A stretch of DNA of 64,000 nt from an uncultured Anaerolineaceae bacterium (GCA_964492745.1 CAZBLT010000012.1:5162-69161), one strand, 5' to 3'; shown: positions 34,492 to 44,356, counted from the first letter of the stretch. Numbers and translations: made by a program. The notes: generated by a model from the letters alone, not told the origin.

Positions 34492-34668
34492 TTAGGAGAT
34501 CGAGAGCGCCAGAATCATGCCGGCGGATAGGGTCCCGAAACAGATCCACATCCCCGCCACGTTGCCGGCCTGGGCTGCGAGGTAGAGTCCCCACGGTGCG
34601 AGCATGATCAGCGCGAAGGCAACTGTCTTGAGACGGAGGTTCCGGTTCGCAGGTGGGCGCCCGCTCAT
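34492..34668 (-). CDS. Candidate small membrane protein (58 aa, two TM helices)
   Basis: Below the ORF-track size cutoff. My translation: MSGRPPANRNLRLKTVAFALIMLAPWGLYLAAQAGNVAGMWICFGTLSAGMILALSIS. Its ATG overlaps the lactate permease stop as TGATG (34666-34670). Confidence 0.35.
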   Translation of the reverse strand: MSGRPPANRNLRLKTVAFALIMLAPWGLYLAAQAGNVAGMWICFGTLSAGMILALSIS

Positions 34669-36209
34669 CAAGCCCTCCCCAAGGTGATCCAGGCGGCCAG
34701 GCTCAGGATCGCCAGCAGCGCCGCCACATACCCCAGCAGCTTTCCGAGGATACGGCCTTCCTGGCCCGCGGCACCTGTGGTCGAGGCGCCAACCACGATC
34801 TTGGTCGGGGCAGCGACAGAGCCGATCGCTCCGCCGGCAGTCTGTGCGGCGAGGATGATAGGAAGGCTCAAGCCTAAAAGTTCGGCCGTCCGAAGCTGAA
34901 GGAGAGCGAAAACCACGTTTGAGTTGGTGTTGGAGCCGGTCATGAATGCGCCCAGCGCACCGATCCAGGGCGAGGCGAGCGGAAAGAGGTGCCCCGCGCC
35001 GCGAGCCAGCGCCTCGGCCAGGGCGTCCGTCATGCCGGTATGGGCCATGACCACCGCCATCGCAACCATGGAGGCGATGCCCAGGCTCGATGGCAGCATG
35101 CGGCGCAAGGTGCTCTCGGCGACGCGCCGCAGTGCGCCGGGCGAGTAGCGTCCCGCAAGGCGGTAGATGGCATAGGCGCAGAGTGAGCTATAGGCCAGGA
35201 GGGCGCCGGCATGGCGCAGCAGCGGGATCTGCCGGCCGTACCCAGCAGGCGTCAAGTAACCTCGTTGTGTGACAAGTTCCGGGAAGGACACCCGCAAGGT
35301 GATGACCTCGAGCGCTGAACGAATGGCGGGCGTGAGCTGAACCAGCAGCGTGATCGCGACCAGCGCAACGTATCCCGAAAGCGCCAATCCGACCTGGCGC
35401 CATGCGCCCGAGGTCCGGGGCGATGGCGAGTGATTGCGGTAGAGACCAAGCCGCGTGGCGAGCACCCCGCAAGCGAGACCCACTGAACCAGCGCCCAGGG
35501 CGGCGATATTCCAGAGGCCGCGTGTTGCCAGGGTGTATTGAATCAGCCCCATCGGAATCCCCATGATGAGCACAGCCGGCAGGGCGCGCCATGCGCCGCG
35601 CCAGGTTCCAGCGACTTGCGCCACGAGCACGCCACAGGCGAGCCCCGCCAGGCCCAGGAACACGGCTGAATGAGGGGCCAGGATTTCACCCGGCAGCCCC
35701 GTGGCAGCCATCAGGGCCTGGAAGGAGGAGGCCAGCGAGCCGAAGGTGACCGCCCATGCGTGACCCAGGGATGGGATTATCACCGCTGCCATGGGTGAGA
35801 AGCCAAGCCCGACGAGCAGAGGAGCGGTCACCGCTGTGGGAACACCGAACCCTCCCACTCCCTGCAGGAAGGAGGCAAAGGCCCAGCCAATAAGCAGCGC
35901 CTGGATGGCCGTATCGCGCGTGAGCCCAGGGATCACCTGGCTGAATAGTGCGATGGCGCCGGCTTCGTCGGTCACTTTGTAGAGCAGGAATGCATTCCAG
36001 ACGATGAGCAGGACGTCCAGGCTCAGCAAGGCGGCCTTGGCCTGGGCGAACGCCAGCAGGCGGAGGTCGGCGCCAAAGAGCCATGCGGAGATGAGTATGG
36101 CTGCCATCCAGCCGGCGGGTCCGGCCCGGGCTGCGCTCCAGCGGAAGATGGTCATCAAGACCAGGATGATGAGGATGGGGATCGAAGCCAGGAGCCAGTC
36201 AGGGATCAT
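34668..36209 (-). CDS. lldP: L-lactate permease (LctP family)
   Basis: 513-aa polytopic protein. The N-terminus MIPDWLLASIPILIILVLMTIF..SAARAG and the internal pattern are typical of LctP/LldP. Confidence 0.9.
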   Translation of the reverse strand: MIPDWLLASIPILIILVLMTIFRWSAARAGPAGWMAAILISAWLFGADLRLLAFAQAKAALLSLDVLLIVWNAFLLYKVTDEAGAIALFSQVIPGLTRDTAIQALLIGWAFASFLQGVGGFGVPTAVTAPLLVGLGFSPMAAVIIPSLGHAWAVTFGSLASSFQALMAATGLPGEILAPHSAVFLGLAGLACGVLVAQVAGTWRGAWRALPAVLIMGIPMGLIQYTLATRGLWNIAALGAGSVGLACGVLATRLGLYRNHSPSPRTSGAWRQVGLALSGYVALVAITLLVQLTPAIRSALEVITLRVSFPELVTQRGYLTPAGYGRQIPLLRHAGALLAYSSLCAYAIYRLAGRYSPGALRRVAESTLRRMLPSSLGIASMVAMAVVMAHTGMTDALAEALARGAGHLFPLASPWIGALGAFMTGSNTNSNVVFALLQLRTAELLGLSLPIILAAQTAGGAIGSVAAPTKIVVGASTTGAAGQEGRILGKLLGYVAALLAILSLAAWITLGRA

Positions 36210-36235
36210 GGGCAGTGGTGTCAGGGGATGCGGCG

Positions 36236-36244
36236 ATTATAGCA
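36236..36244 (-). promoter_or_regulatory. Extended -10 element TGCTATAAT upstream of lldP
   Basis: The reverse complement of ATTATAGCA at 36236-36244 is TGCTATAAT. It ends 26 nt before the lldP ATG (36209). Confidence 0.45.
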
Positions 36245-36338
36245 CGCGGCAAGCTGCGATCTCGCCCGCCTCGTCTGGGCCCAAACGTTTCCCAAGAGGG
36301 CCGGCGAAGCGGGTGGATAGCCCGTTAATCCTACCCGG

Positions 36339-36369
36339 CGTAGGGATTCCGTAGGAAATCCGTAAGGAT
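36339..36369 (-). promoter_or_regulatory. Three direct repeats CGTA(G/A)GGA with exact 11-bp phasing upstream of lldP
   Basis: Copies start at 36339 (CGTAGGGA), 36350 (CGTAGGAA) and 36361 (CGTAAGGA). The spacing is one helical turn. They lie 130-160 nt upstream of the lldP start. Confidence 0.4.
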
Positions 36370-36445
36370 AGCGACGCGCGCATTTGGGGAGAGTTGCCCT
36401 ATATTATAGGAAGAAGGGCGGAATCTCTTCTTCTCCTCCTTAAGA

Positions 36446-36474
36446 GAGAGCCGGGGTCGGCGTCCCCGGCTCTC
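36446..36474 (-). terminator. Stem-loop downstream of the APC-USP-DUF389 gene
   Basis: GAGAGCCGGGG-7 nt-CCCCGGCTCTC, a perfect 11-bp stem starting 21 nt after the stop at 36495. On the minus strand it is followed by TCTTAAGG, a weak U-tract. Confidence 0.4.
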
Positions 36475-36494
36475 AAGATTTAACCCCGGGTCTG

Positions 36495-39400
36495 CTAAGG
36501 CCATTCGAGGGTCTCCACCGGGATGCGAATGAGCCGCAATTGTACCGGGCACCCTAATGCATGTTGCAAGGCTGCCTCCAGAGCTTCCGCATCTGCCGTC
36601 CGAAGGGGTCGTGCGGCGTTGATGGTGATCTCCAAATCGAGGATCTGCTGAGGCCCGGTTGAGAATTCGTAATCGAGCAATTGAATGGTCGCATCGGCCT
36701 GGGCGAAATCGGTCAGCACCTGGTCGATGATCTGGCGGCTGCGGGAGGTTTGCACAGCGTCGACAAAGACAAGTGCGAGGGGGATGGTGATGACGATCAG
36801 CAGCACGATCGAGGTCAGGATACCCACGCGCAGTCGAGCCTCGCGCTCGTGCCCGCCTGTGGGGCGGAAGCCCAACAGGAGCAGCGTGACAGCACCCGCC
36901 AGCATGATGGCGATCAAGTTCGTGGTGAAGAGCAGGAAGCCCCCGCCGACCACGCTGCCGTCCAGCGAGGCCATTCCGATCCCGGTCACACCCAATGGAG
37001 GCACGAGTGCGGCGGCGATCGCCACGCCTGGCAGCGCGGTGGCCACATCCTTGCGCGCCACGGCGTACGCGCCGGCTGCGCCGGAGGCGAGGGCCACCGC
37101 CAGGTCGAAGAGGTTTGGGCTGGTTCGGATAAGGATCTCATGCGTCAGGCTTCGTAGGGGTGAGAGCGCGGCGAGCGCCGCTGCGAGTCCGATCGCCAGG
37201 GTGATGCCCTTGAGGGCTGATTCCACCGCCAGCCTGAGCAGGCGGATATCCCCCTGGACTATGGCCAGGCTCAAGGCCAGGATCGGTGTGAAGAGGGGTG
37301 CCACCAGCATGGCCCCGATGATGACAGCCGTGCTCCCCTGAAGCAGGCCAAAGGTGGCGATGATGCTCGAAAGCCCCATCATGATGAAGAAGTCGCGGTC
37401 CGGACGGGCGCCGCGGCGCACCTCCTTGTAGACATCCACCTGCTCGGAGAGGGATAGAGTCGGAAACGCGGCCGAGATGCCATCCCAGAGACGCTGAAGC
37501 CAAAAGCGCGGCAACCCCCGGTAGCTGCGGACCATGACCACCGGCGTCTTGGACTGGCGGGCGACTTGTTCGGGGAGCGTCCCGAAGAGTATCTGGTCGA
37601 GGAGGCTCTCCTCGGATGCACCCAGGAAGAGCAGGTCGCAGGCTTCTCCGGCCTCCACGATGCCCTCTACCACACTCGTGGCCGGAACCACACTCATCTC
37701 GATGGGAAGCCCATAGACATCTGCAGGCTCATCAGCCGCAAAGGGCAGCGTGGCCCACTGCTCTTGCATCGAGCGCAGCGTGCTCGCAATGCGCTCATGC
37801 CCCGCGGCCAGATCCTCCTCGCGGGCATCTGGGCTGGTGACATACACGGTTTGGATCGAGGCGTCGAACTCACGTGCCAGGAGCAAAGCCAGCCGGGTTG
37901 CTAGCGGCGCATGAGGCCCTCCAGCGGTAGGCACAAGGATCCGCCGGATCTGGCCTTCGGGCCCCTCGGCTTGATGGTCGCGCGCCGAAACGGCCTCGGG
38001 ATGATAGGCCACCACCGCCAGGTCGCAAGGAGCATTGCGGACCACCGGGTCGAGCACGCGGCCCATGCGGGATCCTTCGTGAGGGCTGTCGACGGCCCAG
38101 GACATCAGAATCAGATCGCAGTCCTCCTCCACCGCAGTGTCCTGAATAGCCTTAGGGACGCTGCTTGCCAGCCGGGTGATGGGGTAAGTTGGGATCCCTT
38201 TCAAGGCGGGTTCACGGGTGGACCATTGGAAGAGCGTGTTTCGCTCCTGAGCCAGGCGTCGCCCCTCCTGCATCGCCAAGGGGTCTGCGATGGGGATGAC
38301 CTGCAGCGGAACCACCTCTCCATGCATCTGCCTGGCGATCGCCGCCGCCAGGCGCAGAGTCAGGCGCCGTTCGACCCCCGCGCTCAGGGGGACGAGGATA
38401 CGGTAGGCGCCTTCAGGCTTCTCAGGTGTGGGCTCTTTCCCGAAGATGAGGACACCGTGCTGGGCCTCGAGCAGCCACGTGCGGGCATACACGAAGAAGA
38501 GGATCATCCCGGCCAGGTTCCAAAGCAGGAGACAGAGCAATCCAGCGCTTGACAGGGATAGCAGGAGAGCGGTGGACATGGCCAGCCCCAGGCTGGGGAT
38601 GAGCGGGTGGAAGGGCAGCACGATCAGGCGGCGTCGCTCGGGTTCGGCGTAGCGGCTGCGCAAGGCCGTCAGGTTCAGGATCAGGCTTGGGCCGATGAAG
38701 AGCCCGGCGGCCAGGTCCAGAGTCCATGGACCGGGTGGCCAGAAGAGTGGCGGGATCGAGAGCAAGGTCAGGAAGGCGAAGATCAGAGGGGGAAGGCGGA
38801 ACGGGCGGGAGATTCGGCCCATTCGCCTGGGAAGCGCGCCGGCCTGGACCAGCGCGTAAATCTGCCGGGCGCCGGCGATGTAGGCGCCGTGCGCGGCCAT
38901 CACCAAGATCAGGTTGCCGGCGGCGAGGAGCAGCAGGTGAGCCCATGCCGTTTGACCCGTCCCGAGCCGCAGGATGAACGCGGGCGACGCCGAAAGCTCG
39001 GCCTCGGGAAGGTGTGTTAAAGCAACCTGCGAAGCCACGACTGCCAGGCCGCCGATGAGCAATACCAGGGCAAGCCCATGGGGCAGCAGGCGCAAGGGAT
39101 CCTGGATGCGCCGCCTAGCGGAGAGCAGCGCCTCGGCGCCCGCGAAGAGGATCATGATCCAGGCGGCCGCGCGGGGAATCTGAGAGGTGGCCTGTGGTGA
39201 GGACTCCGGCGGCGTGGGGACGCCGCCGCGGGCGGCCAGCCATCCCACCACGAGAAGCCCGGCCAGCAGGACGAGCGCTTTGGATAGAACCTCGCGGTGG
39301 GGCAGCAGCGAGAATAGATTGAGTAGAAGCAAGATGAAAAAGAATCCGGGCGCGATCAGAGGCGCAAACCCGGCCAGAGCCGGAAGCGCCGCGAGCAGCG

Positions 39401-39857
39401 AACGTGCTACCGATTGGAGGAAGATCCCGCCCAGGATGGCAAAGCCGGCAAGCAGCATCCAGGCCGCCAGAAAGCCGAAGGGGCCACCGAGCGTCTCGTG
39501 GGCGATGGTGAAGCTGCCTCCACGCTCGCCGCTGCCGCCCAAGAGTTCAGCCGTGCTCAGGGATGTGAGAGCGAGGGCGATCAAGGCAATCAATACTGGC
39601 ATCAAGGAGGCCGTTCCGGCTTCGACGAGCAAGGGGCCAGGCACCACTAGTGCGAAGCCCAAGGCGATGACCAACCCCACGGTGGCAGCCTGCGCCCGTC
39701 CTCGAAGTTGCCGGCTGAGACGCAGTTCGCCGAGGAAGCTTTCCTCGGCTTGTGGAGAGGATTGTTCTTCCAAGGCTTTTCTCCCGGGGCCGCAGGCGGT
39801 AGAACGGCCTGCTTCAAGTGTACTCCGATGCGGACGCGCTTCCAACTGGAGGATCAC
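36495..39857 (-). CDS. Multidomain membrane protein: APC-type amino acid permease, two universal stress protein (USP) domains, DUF389
   Basis: Residues ~55-480 are a polytopic APC-like region. USP-like modules: YRILVPLSAGVERRL...APCDLAVVAY and IRRILVPTAGGPHAP...SKTPVVMVRSY. The C-terminal DFFIMMGLSSIIATFGLLQGSTAVIIGAMLVAPLFTPIL is a DUF389 hallmark. GTG start, uncertain. Confidence 0.8.
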   Translation of the reverse strand: MILQLEARPHRSTLEAGRSTACGPGRKALEEQSSPQAEESFLGELRLSRQLRGRAQAATVGLVIALGFALVVPGPLLVEAGTASLMPVLIALIALALTSLSTAELLGGSGERGGSFTIAHETLGGPFGFLAAWMLLAGFAILGGIFLQSVARSLLAALPALAGFAPLIAPGFFFILLLLNLFSLLPHREVLSKALVLLAGLLVVGWLAARGGVPTPPESSPQATSQIPRAAAWIMILFAGAEALLSARRRIQDPLRLLPHGLALVLLIGGLAVVASQVALTHLPEAELSASPAFILRLGTGQTAWAHLLLLAAGNLILVMAAHGAYIAGARQIYALVQAGALPRRMGRISRPFRLPPLIFAFLTLLSIPPLFWPPGPWTLDLAAGLFIGPSLILNLTALRSRYAEPERRRLIVLPFHPLIPSLGLAMSTALLLSLSSAGLLCLLLWNLAGMILFFVYARTWLLEAQHGVLIFGKEPTPEKPEGAYRILVPLSAGVERRLTLRLAAAIARQMHGEVVPLQVIPIADPLAMQEGRRLAQERNTLFQWSTREPALKGIPTYPITRLASSVPKAIQDTAVEEDCDLILMSWAVDSPHEGSRMGRVLDPVVRNAPCDLAVVAYHPEAVSARDHQAEGPEGQIRRILVPTAGGPHAPLATRLALLLAREFDASIQTVYVTSPDAREEDLAAGHERIASTLRSMQEQWATLPFAADEPADVYGLPIEMSVVPATSVVEGIVEAGEACDLLFLGASEESLLDQILFGTLPEQVARQSKTPVVMVRSYRGLPRFWLQRLWDGISAAFPTLSLSEQVDVYKEVRRGARPDRDFFIMMGLSSIIATFGLLQGSTAVIIGAMLVAPLFTPILALSLAIVQGDIRLLRLAVESALKGITLAIGLAAALAALSPLRSLTHEILIRTSPNLFDLAVALASGAAGAYAVARKDVATALPGVAIAAALVPPLGVTGIGMASLDGSVVGGGFLLFTTNLIAIMLAGAVTLLLLGFRPTGGHEREARLRVGILTSIVLLIVITIPLALVFVDAVQTSRSRQIIDQVLTDFAQADATIQLLDYEFSTGPQQILDLEITINAARPLRTADAEALEAALQHALGCPVQLRLIRIPVETLEWP

Positions 39858-39931
39858 ACTCGCCGGGGTGTCGCTCCGAGAAGGCTGAGTCCGATCATGA
39901 GGGGGCGGGTTCTCCTGTATAATCGCAGCCT

Positions 39932-41512
39932 GTGAGCCACGCCTCGGCTACTCCCACACGTCAAATCGCCCGTTCGGGCGGTATCGTGATGATCGGATTT
40001 GTGCTCTCTAGTATCACCGGCCTAGTGAGCCAAATCCTGATCTCGCGTGCCTTCGGCACCAGCCCCTCGCTGGATGCATATTACGCTGGGAACCGCCTGC
40101 CTGAGATGCTCTTCGCTCTCATTGGTGGCGGCGCCCTGGCCTCGGCCTACCTGCCCACGCTCTCCGGGTTCCTGGTACACGAAGACCAGCAAGGAGCCTG
40201 GCGGTTGGCCTCCGCCATCATCAACTGGATACTCCTGCTGCTGGGACTGCTGAGCGCGCTGGCCTGGGCTGCTGCGCCTTGGCTGGTTCGCCACGTGCTG
40301 GCGCCGGGATTTGCCGATCCGGACCAGATACGGCTAACGATATCTCTGCTGCGGGTGATGCTGCTATCGCCGGCAATCTTCGGCGTGAGCGGTCTCTTCA
40401 TGGCGACGCTGAACGCGCATCAGCATTTCGCCCTCCCGGCGCTTGCGCCGGCTTCCTACCGTCTCGGACAGATCTTCGGTGTGCTTGTGCTGGTGCCGAG
40501 GCTGGGTGTGCATGGGCTTGCCTGGGGGGCCGTACTTGGCGCGGTCCTGCATCTCGGCGTACAAGTGCCGGCGCTTGTGCGGCTGCGGCCGCGTTGGCGC
40601 CCTTGGCTGGGCCTGGAAATGGCGGAGGTGCGGCAGGTGGGCCGGCTGATGGCCCCCAGGCTGCTCGGGGTGGCCGTCGTCCAATTGAACTTCTTAGTCA
40701 ACACCATCATCGCCTCGGGCCAACCCCAAGGGAGTCTGACGGCACTCAATTTCGCCTTCCAGTTGATGATCATGCCTCAGGCGGTGATCGCCCAGGCCAT
40801 TGCCATCGCCGCGCTACCCACTTTCTCGAACCAGGCGGCCCGCGGCGACCTGGATGCGCTCCGGAATACCCTCGGGACCACCTTGCGGGGGGTGCTGTAC
40901 CTGGCCCTGCCGGCCGGCCTGGGCCTGATCGCGCTGCGGCGGCCGGTCGTTGCGCTGCTCTTCGAGCGCGGGCTGTTCGACGCCCGGTCCACGGAACTGG
41001 TCGCATGGGCGCTGCTCTGGTATGCGGCGGGCCTGGCGGCCCACTCCTTGCTGGAGATCATCGTACGTGCCTTTTATGCTAGCTACGATACGCGCACCCC
41101 TGTGATGGTCGGCGCGGGGGCGATGGCGCTCAATATCTTGCTCAGTTGGGGACTGTCGTGGGGATTTGAACGCATTGGTTGGCCGCCTCACGGTGGGCTG
41201 GCGCTGGCCAACACCCTGGCCACGACGCTTGAGGTGGCTCTACTGCTTTGGCTGATGGACCGGCGGCTTGGGAGTTTGCAGCTTGGACGCCTGCGGCGCG
41301 GCCTGGTTGCGATCCTCGTGGCCGCGGCAGGGATGTGGGCGGTGCTGGCCGCGTGGCTTCGCCTGACACGGGAGGCAGGGCACCTGCTGCGAGGAGCAGG
41401 GGGCGTGGCGCTGGGCTTTGTGGTCTATTGGGGAATGAGCTATTTGGCGGGCGCGGTCGAGGCACGTGAGCTGCCGGGCATCGTGCTCCCGCGTCGCGCC
41501 AGGGAAGCCTAG
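39932..41512 (+). CDS. murJ: Lipid II flippase MurJ (MviN)
   Basis: 526-aa, 14-TM type protein. VLSSITGLVSQILISRAFGTSPSLDAYYAGNRLPEMLF is the typical MurJ N-terminus. GTG start. Confidence 0.9.
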   Translation: MSHASATPTRQIARSGGIVMIGFVLSSITGLVSQILISRAFGTSPSLDAYYAGNRLPEMLFALIGGGALASAYLPTLSGFLVHEDQQGAWRLASAIINWILLLLGLLSALAWAAAPWLVRHVLAPGFADPDQIRLTISLLRVMLLSPAIFGVSGLFMATLNAHQHFALPALAPASYRLGQIFGVLVLVPRLGVHGLAWGAVLGAVLHLGVQVPALVRLRPRWRPWLGLEMAEVRQVGRLMAPRLLGVAVVQLNFLVNTIIASGQPQGSLTALNFAFQLMIMPQAVIAQAIAIAALPTFSNQAARGDLDALRNTLGTTLRGVLYLALPAGLGLIALRRPVVALLFERGLFDARSTELVAWALLWYAAGLAAHSLLEIIVRAFYASYDTRTPVMVGAGAMALNILLSWGLSWGFERIGWPPHGGLALANTLATTLEVALLLWLMDRRLGSLQLGRLRRGLVAILVAAAGMWAVLAAWLRLTREAGHLLRGAGGVALGFVVYWGMSYLAGAVEARELPGIVLPRRAREA

Positions 41513-41973
41513 GGGAAGGATGTGACCACTAGATGGGCGATGATAATACCCAACACGAGGCCGGTTGTGGCTTCAAGGGGTGAATGGCCCAAGACCTCGC
41601 GCAATTTCTCCTGGCTGCGGTCGGGGTGACCTTCCAGGATGTCCCTCACAATGGCATTGATGATTTGCGCATGCCGCCCGGCCTGACGTCGAATGCCGGT
41701 GGCGTCGTAGATGACAATCATCGCCAGCGCCACGGCCAGGGCAAACTCGGGAGATCCAAAGCCTTTGAGCAACCCGACCGAATGAGCGATGGCGGCCACC
41801 AGTGCCGAATGTGAGGAGGGCATACCCCCCGCCCGGAACAACAGCGACCAGTCCCAGCTGCGCTCTCGCAGGTAGTGCACGGGCATCTTCATAGTCTGAG
41901 CCAGCCCCCAGGCAATGAGGGTGGCGATGAGCGCCCGGTTCTGCAGCATGGCGAGTAGGTAAAGATCAGCCAT
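41509..41973 (-). CDS. Divergent PAP2 family protein (DUF212, acid phosphatase/vanadium peroxidase-related)
   Basis: GGMPSSHSALVAA and IYDATGIRRQAGRHA motifs. ATG at 41973 overlaps the xseB stop (ATGGCTGA). Its stop overlaps the convergent murJ stop (CTAG). Confidence 0.8.
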   Translation of the reverse strand: MADLYLLAMLQNRALIATLIAWGLAQTMKMPVHYLRERSWDWSLLFRAGGMPSSHSALVAAIAHSVGLLKGFGSPEFALAVALAMIVIYDATGIRRQAGRHAQIINAIVRDILEGHPDRSQEKLREVLGHSPLEATTGLVLGIIIAHLVVTSFP

Positions 41974-42214
41974 CTTCAATCTCGAAATCGGTTTCCTCCA
42001 GGTCACCGGAGGGCCCAGGAACCAGTTGCTTCAGCTTGAGTTGCGCCTTCTCGAGAAGTTCACTGCAGTGCTGGCTGAGTGCCTGGCCCCGCTCGAAGAG
42101 CGCCAGGGATTCCTCCAGAGGCAACTCCCCGGATTCGAGTTGCTCGACCACGGCCTTGAGCTCTTCGAAGGCCTCCTCGTAAGTCATCTTCTCGACCGGC
42201 TTGGACTTGCTCAT
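41966..42214 (-). CDS. xseB: Exodeoxyribonuclease VII small subunit
   Basis: Start at MSKSKPVEKMTYEEAFEELKAVVEQLESGELPLEESLALFERG (GGAGG upstream), a classic XseB. Confidence 0.9.
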   Translation of the reverse strand: MSKSKPVEKMTYEEAFEELKAVVEQLESGELPLEESLALFERGQALSQHCSELLEKAQLKLKQLVPGPSGDLEETDFEIEDG

Positions 42215-42264
42215 CCTGTCCTCCTGGCCACTGCGCTTGGCGTTCAAGCAGCGCTTGGGGGCTC

Positions 42265-43515
42265 CTAGCTATTCTCTGAACCTTCGCGATCCTCGACCCG
42301 CGCCCCGAATGAGCCGTCCTGTACCCGCACGTGCAGAGGGTCACCGGGATCAACCTGCGAAACTGAGCGCACAATGGCGCCGTCGTGAGCCTGCGTCACG
42401 ATGGCATATCCACGGGCCAACACGGCGGCGGGGCCGACGGCCTGAAGCGTGTGAGTCAGCCCATCGAGGGTTCGGCGCGAGATCATCAGATCGTGCCGGA
42501 TGGCTGCATGGGCACGGCGCCAGAGTTCGTCCACGCGCTGGCGGGCGTTTTCGATGCGAGCGCGGGGGGAAGCTTGCTGCAACCTCGTCTGAAGAACCGC
42601 AAGCGCCTCCTGGCGCGCGCCCAGTTGATCCCGGAAGAGTCCCAAGAGATCGGCGCGCAGCCGCGCCAGCGACTGGAGAAGAGCCTCGCGGTCAGGGGTG
42701 GCCACTTCGGCCGCTGCGGAGGGTGTGGGGGCGCGGACATCGGCAGCGAAGTCGGCCAGGATGAGGTCCGTCTCATGGCCTATGCCGGTGACCACGGGGA
42801 TGGACGAGGCAGCGACGGCACGCACCACCTCCTCCTCGTTGAAGGTCCAGAGATCTTCGACCGAACCCCCGCCGCGCACCACCAGGATGACGTCCGAGCC
42901 AGCGTGTTGATTGAGCGCCTCCAAGGCCGAGACCACGCCGCCGGCAGCCTCGCGACCTTGCACTATGGTGGGGGCCAGCAGAACCTGCACCAGGGGGAAG
43001 CGCCGCTGAAGGACATGCAGCACATCCCGCAAGGCAGCGCCCGTGGGGGAGGTGACGACGCCTATGATCCGGGGCCACTCAGGAAGCGGCCGTTTGCGTT
43101 CCGCGTCAAAGAGGCCCTCGGCCTCCAGCCGGGCCTTGCGTTCCATGAATTCCTGATAGCGGAGACCCTCGCCGGAGGGCCGGAGAACTTCGGCATACAA
43201 TTGATATTGCCCACCGGCTTCATAGACGCCGATGCGACCAAACACCTCGAAGATCTCGCCATCCTTGGGTAAGTGTGTTTGCAGGGCCACCTGCGACCGC
43301 CACATCACGCAGCGCAATGTTGCGGCGGCGTCTTGAAGGCTGAAGTAGAGATGCCCGGAGGCCGGCCGCGAGACGTTGGAGGCCTCGCCGGTCACCCAGA
43401 TTTCCTGCAGCCGGTAGTCGCTCTCGAGAAGTTGCCGGATATAGCGAGTGAGCTCGGAAACGCTCCAGATGCGGGGTGCGCCAAATAGGGAAGGGGTTTC
43501 CATCGCGCGAAGCAT
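42265..43515 (-). CDS. xseA: Exodeoxyribonuclease VII large subunit
   Basis: The OB-fold N-terminus is [45 protein letters not shown]. The catalytic region includes [13 protein letters not shown] and RGGGS.EDLW. The start could be ATG at 43503. Confidence 0.92.
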   Translation of the reverse strand: MLRAMETPSLFGAPRIWSVSELTRYIRQLLESDYRLQEIWVTGEASNVSRPASGHLYFSLQDAAATLRCVMWRSQVALQTHLPKDGEIFEVFGRIGVYEAGGQYQLYAEVLRPSGEGLRYQEFMERKARLEAEGLFDAERKRPLPEWPRIIGVVTSPTGAALRDVLHVLQRRFPLVQVLLAPTIVQGREAAGGVVSALEALNQHAGSDVILVVRGGGSVEDLWTFNEEEVVRAVAASSIPVVTGIGHETDLILADFAADVRAPTPSAAAEVATPDREALLQSLARLRADLLGLFRDQLGARQEALAVLQTRLQQASPRARIENARQRVDELWRRAHAAIRHDLMISRRTLDGLTHTLQAVGPAAVLARGYAIVTQAHDGAIVRSVSQVDPGDPLHVRVQDGSFGARVEDREGSENS

Positions 43516-43634
43516 ACGCTACGCGAGGTGGGCTGTCAACCGCCAGGGCAATGGAAACGCCGCTTCCATTCTATAATCGCCCCCCGCGGGGGCGCTTGGC
43601 GCCCGTCGGCATGAAGCTCGGCCGGAGGTGGGAG

Positions 43635-44117
43635 ATGATCGAAGCGTTGCCAGAAGTTCGATTGGGGGCCTTGCTCCGTGGCAAGGGCCTGACGCTCGCG
43701 GTGGGCGAATCCTGCACCGGCGGCCTGGTTTCGCACCGCATCACGAACGTGCCCGGTTCCTCCTCCTACTTCCTGGGAGGGATCGTGGCCTACTCTAACG
43801 AGATTAAGGAACGGCTGCTGGCCGTTTCACCCAGCAGCCTGGAAGTGCATGGGGCTGTCAGCGAGCAGGTAGCGCTCGAGATGGCGCGCGGTGCAAAGTC
43901 GAGGTTGGGGGCGGATGTGGGCATCGCGGTGACTGGCATTGCGGGGCCGGGCGGGGGGACGCCGGACAAGCCGGTAGGCCTTGCCTGGGTTGCGGTGAGT
44001 GGGCCGAAGAGCGATCTCGTGGCCGGACATCGCTGGCGGGGCGACCGCGCCGAGAACAAAGAACGCTCGGCCTCAGCAGCCTTGAAGCTGGCGCTGGCCC
44101 TTTTGGAGGGCGAGTAG
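43635..44117 (+). CDS. cinA: CinA-family nicotinamide-nucleotide amidohydrolase (PncC domain only)
   Basis: Start at [43 protein letters not shown] (GGAGGTGGGAG upstream). The ESCTGG motif is diagnostic. Confidence 0.85.
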   Translation: MIEALPEVRLGALLRGKGLTLAVGESCTGGLVSHRITNVPGSSSYFLGGIVAYSNEIKERLLAVSPSSLEVHGAVSEQVALEMARGAKSRLGADVGIAVTGIAGPGGGTPDKPVGLAWVAVSGPKSDLVAGHRWRGDRAENKERSASAALKLALALLEGE

Positions 44118-44356
44118 CTCTTTAGTGCCCGATCTGCTGGTTTCAGGAGGACCCCAAGCCCAGTCGAATGACATGAGCAGCGCCGCCGCGCCGCAGTAGC
44201 GGCAACCGGAGGGCGTGATGGCTCAGGTAGCCTTCTGCGCCTGTTCAATCGAGAGCCCGAGCGCAGAAGCATCAGTGCCCGTCGAAGAATACGACCAACT
44301 TGGCCTCTTGCTTCATCGGGTCACACCTGATCGCGTGGCGTGCATGCAGGTTAGAT

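Noticed and set aside
34211-34594. 127-aa minus-strand ORF.
   Set aside because: It overlaps the 3' end of the LLM oxidoreductase gene antisense and is Arg/Gly-rich. The small two-TM ORF in a different frame at 34492-34668 explains the region better.
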